Positions 34,698-41,654 of a stretch of 41,654 nt of DNA are shown in pieces (the stretch's first letter is position 1; each line of letters opens with the position of its first letter). The position numbers were made by a program, and so were the translations under genes. The stretch is from an uncultured Thermoplasmata archaeon. Its GTDB lineage: Archaea > Thermoplasmatota > Thermoplasmata > JAJSAE01. The stretch is from positions 1 to 41,654 of the forward strand of contig CAZKII010000003.1 in NCBI GenBank assembly GCA_964552865.1, given 5' to 3'. The notes beneath the pieces are model-generated. The model saw only the letters and a list, made by a program, of their open reading frames with translations, was not told where the DNA came from and searched no databases.

Positions 34698-35207
34698 ATG
34701 GAGAACCTTGAAAACTACGGACTGGATGAGCTCCTTCTCACCGGCATAAAGAGCGAGGTGGAGGCGGAAGAGGCCTATCTGAAGGTGGCCGATACCATAA
34801 AGAACCCGTTCCTGAGGGAGAGGCTGGAGTTCCTCGCAAAGGAGGAGGCGAAGCACAGGGTGTTTCTGGAGAAACTCTTCAAGGAGGCCTATCCCGACAG
34901 GAGGATCGAACTGCCTGAGAATAGCAGGATATCCATGCCCGAAATACGGCTTTACGGTGAGGACGGGACCATGAGGGATATCCTCGTGGTGCTGGACGAT
35001 GCCATGGAGGCCGAGAAGGGGGCGTACGAGTTCTATAACTCGCTGTCCGAGCGGTTCACCGACGAAAGGCTGAGAAAGATCGTGAAGCATCTGGCCCTGA
35101 TGGAGATGGACCACTATCAGATCCTCGAGATGGAGCGCAGGGACTTTGCTGAGGTCGGGGACATAATGGAGGATCAGGCCTACATGCAGCTGGACGCCAG
35201 GTTCTGA
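34698..35207 (+). CDS. Ferritin-like diiron-carboxylate protein (rubrerythrin family, no rubredoxin domain)
   Basis: Two ExxH motifs in helical repeats (EEAKH, EMDHY), each with an upstream Glu (EVEAEEAY, EAEKGAYEFY). GTGAGG SD lies 8 nt before the ATG. Confidence 0.7.
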   Translation: MENLENYGLDELLLTGIKSEVEAEEAYLKVADTIKNPFLRERLEFLAKEEAKHRVFLEKLFKEAYPDRRIELPENSRISMPEIRLYGEDGTMRDILVVLDDAMEAEKGAYEFYNSLSERFTDERLRKIVKHLALMEMDHYQILEMERRDFAEVGDIMEDQAYMQLDARF

Positions 35208-35216
35208 AACAAACCC

Positions 35217-35228
35217 TTCTTTATTTTT
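35217..35228 (+). terminator. Oligo-T terminator tract after the oxidative-stress operon
   Basis: TTCTTTATTTTT begins 10 nt after the TGA at 35205-35207. Confidence 0.4.
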
Positions 35229-35485
35229 CATACTGTTCATTTGTGCCTAAAGAGGCCTGTAATGCACACAATACTCCTTATTTCAGTTTTTCTTGCTTTG
35301 CCCTATGAGAAAGTGCAGTTGCAACCGCAATCTATAAATAGAATGAAGAGATATGTTTGTTATCTGTAGGGGGTCTGTGCCCGTTCTCGACTTTGCGAAT
35401 AGTGGGCGATGGCATCTAATTGCAATGATGGCTGCTTGAAGCATCTCCGGTGTCCGGGCATGGATAAATAAAGGAGATGAATCAT

Positions 35486-38400
35486 ATGAAAAGGAAGATA
35501 GCAGGAGCCTGTCTGTGCGCTCTGTTAATAATTGGCGGTTTGGGTCCGAGTTTCCCAACAACTGGGAGTGCTCAATTTGACACTGTAAAGGTCACGGGAA
35601 CAAATACGGACCTTACATGCCTTTTCGGTACGGCTGCCCTAATAGACGGCGATTATAACGCGAGTGAGTGGAGCGATGCGGATAGTTATACTGTTCCGGG
35701 AGAGGTGACGGTGTTTACAAAACATGATAGTACATATGCTTATTTCTGCGTGATTGCGCATATGGACACCACAGCGGGCGGATTCTTAGACATTGGCTAT
35801 TTTGACTGGGATACCGCATATAACAGGGGGGCGGACCCTCAAACCGATGACATTCAGTATAATTGCGATTCCGAGGGTAATTATGTGAACTATTATGTTG
35901 GAGATGGCTCGAGCTGGAGTACCAGTACAGCCCCCACAGATGCTCAAATTGCTGCCACTTATGATGCCAGTGAAGGATGCATAGTCTATGAGTCCCGGAT
36001 GCCGTTGTCAACCCTGAACCAGAACGGGCTCTTCGATGAAGATGGTGAAACTATTGGATTCGAGGTTGCAATGTTCGATGACGATGCGGCAGTCTATGGG
36101 GAATGGCCAAACGACTCGGCTAGTGACACTCCCAATACATGGGGAAATCTCACATATTCCCAACCGGTCACCCAAGCCACGGCTACTGGACCGGTGGACT
36201 CATCCAACCAAGCGAACATTACCATAACCTACAATTATGTCAACAATCCCTCAGATGTGAGCCTGTATTATACAACCGATGGAGGTGCGAATTGGACATT
36301 CATCGGGAATGATACGACCGTAGATGGTTTTTATAATTGGACCGTGCCGGCAGAAGGAACATACGGCTGGTATGCGGTGGGAAATCCTGATGAGGTGCCG
36401 CCGGGCAATGGTACGCCTCCTGAGGCCTCGCCTTTTGTATACGACATCACGGCTCCAACGATAACATCGACCAGTCCGATGGATTCAGGGATTGATGTGT
36501 CAATTGATGCTGATGTGATAATATCCTTCAGCGAGGAAATGAATACTAGCAGTATTGCATATATCTGCAATCCAGACCCCGGAGGATGGACCGCTTCTTG
36601 GAACTCGCCCATCAACGACACTCTGACACTTACCCACAACAATTTCGAGTATTCCGCTCTCTACACATTCAATGTTACCGGAGGGAAAGATATAGTGGGT
36701 AATGACCTTGTTATCGGTCCTGTCCCCAATCCTTGGAATTTTACAACAGAATCTAGACCTGTTCCAACAGTGCTCTCTACCGACCCATCTGATGGAGAGC
36801 TAGGTGTCAACATCTCCATGAATGTTACGGTGGTATTCAGTGCTCCCATGAACGCCAGTTACATCCCCACATTGGCACAGGAAACGGGGAGCGTGGTGAA
36901 TTACACTTTCCTTGAATGGAGGACTACAAATCGGGATAATGACACTGCTGTGTGGACACACGATGCATGGACAAAGGAGGAGAGTGTACAGATGAATGTC
37001 TCTGACTTTCAGGATGTAAATGAGACTATGGGGACATATCATATGTGGAGTTTCCAGACGAAGAACTATAGTGAAGCAGCAGTAGCTACATGGCCATTTA
37101 GCGAGGGTCTTGGCCAGTATACGAACGACACCAGCGGTAATGGTAACAACGGAACGCTCATGCCCACCTATCCAACGAATGTGCCTACATGGACAAGTGG
37201 AATAAACGGAAGCGCACTGAGCTTCGATGGAGTGGACGATTATGTAGATTGTGGGAATGGCTCTAGTCTGGCTATTACCGGGGATTTAACAATTGAAGTG
37301 TGGGCAAACAAGTTTATTGAGAAAAATGATGAAACACTTGTGATAAAAGGTGAATGGGCTTTCCCCGGTACTTATATGATAAGATACATAAATCCATATC
37401 CGGCAGTTGCTGTTTTTGATGGTGCGGGTAATGGAGATTGGATATCTTCTCCAGAACCTGCAAAATTAAACCGGTGGCAACAGATAGTAGGGGTTTATAG
37501 TGATGCACAGGACAAACTTTCTATATATGTTGATGGTAGTCTAAAAGCAGAAAAAACGACTACAATCAGTTTATCTAGCAACAATAATTCTCTTCAGATA
37601 TCAGGGGTTTATAATAATGATGGTAGGCGTTTCAACGGTGTCCTTGATGAAGTATCCATCTGGAATCATGCCCTTACTGCTGAAGAGATTAAAAATCGCT
37701 TTAACCTGTATGCTGGTCCAGTTTACAATGTAAATTCAAAAGAATTCTTCCCCACAATTCAAGCAGCCATAGACGATCCTGATACGCTAGACGGCCACAC
37801 CATTGAAGTCAGTGCTGGGACCTATTATGAGAATGTCGTAGTAAACAAATCTCTGAATATAAAGGGTGTAGGGAAAGATGTTTGCACAATCGACGGTGGT
37901 GGAAGTGAAGATGTTGTGAATGTGACTTCAAACAATGTGAGGATTGTCGATTTCACAATTAGTAACAGTGGAAACAACAGTGTCAATTCAGGTATAAGAG
38001 GCAGAGGTATTAGCAACTGCACGATAGAAAACAGCAATGTTTCTGGAAACAGCAATGGGATATATTTTTATAAATGTAATAATAATGTGATTGCAAACAC
38101 AACAGTTTCAGGCAACCTGAACTACGGCATATATCTCGAGTCCTCCAGCAACAACACGATTTATCACAATAATTTAATGAACAACACAAATCAGGCATAT
38201 AACAATGGGACCAATCACTGGAACTCCAGCTATCCTACGGGTGGCAATTACTGGTCCGATTACCACGGAACTGATAACTACTCTGGTCCGGGGCAGAATG
38301 AATCGGGCTTTGACGGTATCGGCGATACTCCATATCCCAATATAGATGGCGATGTGGGGGTGCAGGACAATTATCCCCTGATGCTACCCTGGCCATTTAC

Positions 38401-41400
38401 AATTTTCGTTCGTAATATTGATACCCAAGAGAATTTTCCGAGTATTCAAGCTGCAATAGACGATGCTGACACTTTGAACGGTCACACGCTAGAGACGACT
38501 GGGGGTACCGATTACGAGAATGTTGTTGTCGATAAGTCGCTGACCATAAACGGAGCTGGCTGGGAGAATACAATCATAGATGCCGGCGGAAGTGGCAGCA
38601 CAGTTAGGATCACTGCGGATTGGGTAAACATCACGGGGTTCAAGATTACTGGAGGTGGTGGGGACAGTGCGCATCGGGATGCAGGAATCTATCTTCAAAC
38701 AGGAAGCAACTGCAATATATGGGAAAACAGCATCACTTGGAATGGATGGACTGGCATCTCTCTCTCGTCTTCCAGCAACAACAGCATCACAAACAACAAT
38801 GTTTCGAACAATAACATTAATGGCATATATCTTGACTCCTCCAGCAGAAACAATATCACAAATAACATATTCTATGATAACATGAGGTGTGGCATATACC
38901 TCTATCACTCCAGTAACACCACTATATCCAATAATCTAGTGTCTAGTAGGGATAATGGCGAAGAAGGAATCTATCTTTATCATTCAGACAATAACATTAT
39001 ATTTAACACCACGGTCTTAAAGCATGGCGGATACGACTCAGAAGGCATATATATCCGTGAGTCCAGCGGTAACACGATTTCTCATAGCAAAGTGGAGCAA
39101 ACCAGCTTTGGTATTCATATTAGCGCTGGCGCTTCTGGCGCCTCCTCCAATATAATTTCTCATACCAAAGTGGAGCAAAACAAGTATGGGATTTACATCA
39201 GTGGGAGCAGCAACACCGTCACCAACAACAGCATCTCAAACAATTCTTATGGTATCGATTGCTGGTCCACCTCCTCCAATACAATCTTAAACAATACCAT
39301 CTCAAACAACGGTAACGGCATAAGTCTCTCCTACGCATCCTCAAACACTATATTAAATAACACCATGTCGAACAACAATTATGGCATCTATGTTTATTCC
39401 TCTGGTAGCAACCACATATACCACAACAATTTCATCAACAATACAAATCAGGCATATAACAGTGGGACCAACTCCTGGGACAACGGCTACCCCTCCGGCG
39501 GCAACTACTGGAGCGATTACACTGGCGTAGATATTTACTCCGGTCCGGGCCAGAACGAATCAGGGGCAGACGGCATCGGAGATACACCTTACACATTCAC
39601 CGGCGGTCAGGACAATTATCCGTTCATCGGGATTGGTTGGACGCCTATTCATAACCTTGATACGGATGAATTCTTTGATACAATTCAGGAAGCAATAGAT
39701 GACCCCGATACATTGGATGGTCACACAATTGAAGTTAGTGCTGGAACCTATTATGAAAATGTGATCATTAATAAGTCGCTAACTATAAAGGGTGCTGGGC
39801 AGATAATTGATGGTGGCGGCATTGGGGATGTTGTTCATGTCACGGCTGATTGGGCGAATATTACAGGATTCACAATCACTAACTCAGGTAACAACACTGA
39901 TGATGGGGGAATAAAACTTGACAATGTGCAAAATTGTTATGTTGCAAATAATAATCTCTTATCGAACAGTAACGGTATATATCTTTCCTATTCCAACGGT
40001 AACACATTATCAAACAATACTGCTTTTTCGAACGAACTCGGTATCCGTGTAGTCTCCTCCAGTGGCAATTTCATCTATCACAATAACTTCATCAACAATA
40101 CGAATCAGGCCTATGATGATAGCACCAACTTCTGGAACCTCACCTACCCCTCTGGAGGCAATTATTGGAGCGATTATGCCGGTATGGATAATTACAGCGG
40201 CCCTAGCCAGAATATAAGCGGTAGTGACGGAATTGGCGATACGCCCCATAAATTCACTGGCGGTCAAGACAATTATCCGTTCATGGGGGAGAACAGTTGG
40301 ATGCCCATTCATAACCTCGACACGGATGAATTCTTCCCTACAATTCAAGCAGCCATAGACGACCCCGACACATTGAATGGCCACACGATAGAAGTCAGTC
40401 CTGGCATTTATTACGAGAATGTTGTTGTCGACAAGTCGCTGACCATAAACGGAGCTGGCTGGGAGAATACAATCATAGATGCCGGCGGAAGTGGCAGCAC
40501 AGTTAGGATCACTGCGGATTGGGTAAACATCACGGGGTTCAAGATTACTGGAGGTGGTGGGGACAGTGCGCATCGGGATGCAGGAATCTATCTTCAAACA
40601 GGAAGCAACTGCAATATATGGGAAAACAGCATCACTTGGAATGGATGGACTGGCATCTCTCTCTCGTCTTCCAGCAACAACAGCATCACAAACAACAATG
40701 TTTCGAACAATAACATTAATGGCATATATCTTGACTCCTCCAGCAGAAACAATATCACAAATAACATATTCTATGATAACATGAGGTGTGGCATATACCT
40801 CTATCACTCCAGTAACACCACTATATCCAATAATCTAGTGTCTAGTAGGGATAATGGCGAAGAAGGAATCTATCTTTATCATTCAGACAATAACATTATA
40901 TTTAACACCACGGTCTTAAAGCATGGCGGATACGACTCAGAAGGCATATATATCCGTGAGTCCAGCGGTAACACGATTTCTCATAGCAAAGTGGAGCAAA
41001 CCAGCTTTGGTATTCATATTAGCGCTGGCGCTTCTGGCGCCTCCTCCAATATAATTTCTCATACCAAAGTGGAGCAAAACAAGTATGGGATTTACATCAG
41101 TGGGAGCAGCAACACCGTCACCAACAACAGCATCTCAAACAATTCTTATGGTATCGATTGCTGGTCCACCTCCTCCAATACAATCTTAAACAATACCATC
41201 TCAAACAACGGTAACGGCATAAGTCTCTCCTACGCATCCTCAAACACTATATTAAATAACACCATGTCGAACAACAATTATGGCATCTATGTTTATTCCT
41301 CTGGTAGCAACCACATATACCACAACAATTTCATCAACAATACAAATCAGGCATATAACAGTGGGACCAACTCCTGGGACAACGGCTACCCCTCCGGCGG

Positions 41401-41654
41401 CAACTACTGGAGCGATTACACTGGCGTAGATATTTACTCCGGTCCGGGCCAGAACGAATCAGGGGCAGACGGCATCGGAGATACACCTTACACATTCACC
41501 GGCGGTCAGGACAATTATCCTCTGATGTATCCATGGGGAACCCCAATACACACCAATGAATATCCGTACATCAACTCCTACATAAACGACCCCAGCCCGA
41601 CAATATGGGTACATGTGACAGATGATATGGCGGTGGACATCAACAGCATCCGTC
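35486..41654 (+). CDS. Giant secreted surface protein, 3'-truncated by the window edge: CBM9/DOMON-like domain, two SbsA-type Ig domains, LamG/ConA-like domain, four NosD/PbH1 beta-helix cassettes, then the start of Ig repeats
   Basis: Not in the ORF track, because it has no in-window stop. My manual translation of the frame containing 35486 is stop-free to 41653, and the track lists no other + ORF in that frame. AAGGAG at 35471-35476, then MKRKIAGACLCALLIIGGLG signal peptide. LamG-like SFDGVDDYV...LDEVSIWNHALTAEEI. Each cassette ends GGNYWSDY...GDTPY...QDNYP. ATG 35477 is an alternative start. Confidence 0.85.
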   Translation, partial: MKRKIAGACLCALLIIGGLGPSFPTTGSAQFDTVKVTGTNTDLTCLFGTAALIDGDYNASEWSDADSYTVPGEVTVFTKHDSTYAYFCVIAHMDTTAGGFLDIGYFDWDTAYNRGADPQTDDIQYNCDSEGNYVNYYVGDGSSWSTSTAPTDAQIAATYDASEGCIVYESRMPLSTLNQNGLFDEDGETIGFEVAMFDDDAAVYGEWPNDSASDTPNTWGNLTYSQPVTQATATGPVDSSNQANITITYNYVNNPSDVSLYYTTDGGANWTFIGNDTTVDGFYNWTVPAEGTYGWYAVGNPDEVPPGNGTPPEASPFVYDITAPTITSTSPMDSGIDVSIDADVIISFSEEMNTSSIAYICNPDPGGWTASWNSPINDTLTLTHNNFEYSALYTFNVTGGKDIVGNDLVIGPVPNPWNFTTESRPVPTVLSTDPSDGELGVNISMNVTVVFSAPMNASYIPTLAQETGSVVNYTFLEWRTTNRDNDTAVWTHDAWTKEESVQMNVSDFQDVNETMGTYHMWSFQTKNYSEAAVATWPFSEGLGQYTNDTSGNGNNGTLMPTYPTNVPTWTSGINGSALSFDGVDDYVDCGNGSSLAITGDLTIEVWANKFIEKNDETLVIKGEWAFPGTYMIRYINPYPAVAVFDGAGNGDWISSPEPAKLNRWQQIVGVYSDAQDKLSIYVDGSLKAEKTTTISLSSNNNSLQISGVYNNDGRRFNGVLDEVSIWNHALTAEEIKNRFNLYAGPVYNVNSKEFFPTIQAAIDDPDTLDGHTIEVSAGTYYENVVVNKSLNIKGVGKDVCTIDGGGSEDVVNVTSNNVRIVDFTISNSGNNSVNSGIRGRGISNCTIENSNVSGNSNGIYFYKCNNNVIANTTVSGNLNYGIYLESSSNNTIYHNNLMNNTNQAYNNGTNHWNSSYPTGGNYWSDYHGTDNYSGPGQNESGFDGIGDTPYPNIDGDVGVQDNYPLMLPWPFTIFVRNIDTQENFPSIQAAIDDADTLNGHTLETTGGTDYENVVVDKSLTINGAGWENTIIDAGGSGSTVRITADWVNITGFKITGGGGDSAHRDAGIYLQTGSNCNIWENSITWNGWTGISLSSSSNNSITNNNVSNNNINGIYLDSSSRNNITNNIFYDNMRCGIYLYHSSNTTISNNLVSSRDNGEEGIYLYHSDNNIIFNTTVLKHGGYDSEGIYIRESSGNTISHSKVEQTSFGIHISAGASGASSNIISHTKVEQNKYGIYISGSSNTVTNNSISNNSYGIDCWSTSSNTILNNTISNNGNGISLSYASSNTILNNTMSNNNYGIYVYSSGSNHIYHNNFINNTNQAYNSGTNSWDNGYPSGGNYWSDYTGVDIYSGPGQNESGADGIGDTPYTFTGGQDNYPFIGIGWTPIHNLDTDEFFDTIQEAIDDPDTLDGHTIEVSAGTYYENVIINKSLTIKGAGQIIDGGGIGDVVHVTADWANITGFTITNSGNNTDDGGIKLDNVQNCYVANNNLLSNSNGIYLSYSNGNTLSNNTAFSNELGIRVVSSSGNFIYHNNFINNTNQAYDDSTNFWNLTYPSGGNYWSDYAGMDNYSGPSQNISGSDGIGDTPHKFTGGQDNYPFMGENSWMPIHNLDTDEFFPTIQAAIDDPDTLNGHTIEVSPGIYYENVVVDKSLTINGAGWENTIIDAGGSGSTVRITADWVNITGFKITGGGGDSAHRDAGIYLQTGSNCNIWENSITWNGWTGISLSSSSNNSITNNNVSNNNINGIYLDSSSRNNITNNIFYDNMRCGIYLYHSSNTTISNNLVSSRDNGEEGIYLYHSDNNIIFNTTVLKHGGYDSEGIYIRESSGNTISHSKVEQTSFGIHISAGASGASSNIISHTKVEQNKYGIYISGSSNTVTNNSISNNSYGIDCWSTSSNTILNNTISNNGNGISLSYASSNTILNNTMSNNNYGIYVYSSGSNHIYHNNFINNTNQAYNSGTNSWDNGYPSGGNYWSDYTGVDIYSGPGQNESGADGIGDTPYTFTGGQDNYPLMYPWGTPIHTNEYPYINSYINDPSPTIWVHVTDDMAVDINSIR
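38511..39621 (+). repeat. Copy A of a 1111-bp near-identical intragenic direct repeat
   Basis: Base-by-base comparison with 40410-41520 at a constant offset of 1899 nt (633 codons). I found one mismatch (T 38533 vs C 40432). Identity ends sharply at 39621/41520. Confidence 0.9.
40410..41520 (+). repeat. Copy B of a 1111-bp near-identical intragenic direct repeat
   Basis: See copy A. The identical antisense track ORFs (38489..38908 vs 40010..40807, and 38620..38814 vs 40519..40713) independently show the duplication. Confidence 0.9.

Noticed and set aside
34137-35240. 367-aa minus-strand ORF
   Set aside because: It runs antisense across both the ferritin and rubrerythrin-like genes and the gap between them. 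There is no start context and no motifs, and the sense genes have unmistakable diiron motifs and SDs.
35340-35440. C/D-box sRNA-like motifs (AATGAAGA at about 35344, AATGATGG at about 35427) in the 279-bp gap upstream of the second giant gene
   Set aside because: There is no properly spaced CUGA D box and no terminal stem, so the motifs are too degenerate to call.
38489-40807. Minus-strand ORFs 38489..38908 and 40010..40807, and + ORFs 38620..38814, 38655..38885, 40519..40713 and 40554..40784, which share identical peptides
   Set aside because: Their identity only reflects the 1111-bp DNA repeat. They are out of frame or antisense within the long open + frame that encodes recognisable NosD-type rungs.

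Overview
Archaeal chromosomal window. The taxonomic call rests on topoisomerase VI B/A, aIF2-gamma, ribosomal protein S6e, a class I CCA-adding enzyme, TATA/BRE-type promoters and many apparently leaderless first genes. A conserved informational core (about 13.1-25.4 kb) holds an M3 peptidase, three small genes, top6B-top6A, cca, the rps6e-eif2g operon, tRNA-Arg(GCG) and an NFACT/Rqc2-like protein. It is flanked by visibly AT-richer accessory blocks. (1) A 1170-aa membrane-anchored mosaic surface protein. (2) An ADP-forming acetyl-CoA synthetase alpha subunit coupled to a surface-glycan cluster: WbpP-like epimerase, NeuB-family nonulosonic acid synthase, a fused CMP-sugar synthetase/PseG-like protein, a pyruvyl transferase, an uncharacterised GT-B-like protein and a Wzx-type flippase. 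(3) A 2446-aa secreted subtilase fused to a very long parallel beta-helix with glycine-rich rungs. (4) An FprA-ferritin-rubrerythrin-like oxygen/iron module. (5) A second giant surface-protein gene (35486 to beyond the window end, at least 2056 codons) that is absent from the supplied ORF track because it has no in-window stop. That gene contains a 1111-bp in-frame direct repeat, 1899 bp apart, with one mismatch. Downstream of the tRNA lies a degenerate array of tRNA 3'-end copies, each joined to a 10-bp-stem hairpin. No CRISPR array, integrase, transposase or rRNA was seen. All domain calls come from motif recognition by eye, and no searches were run.
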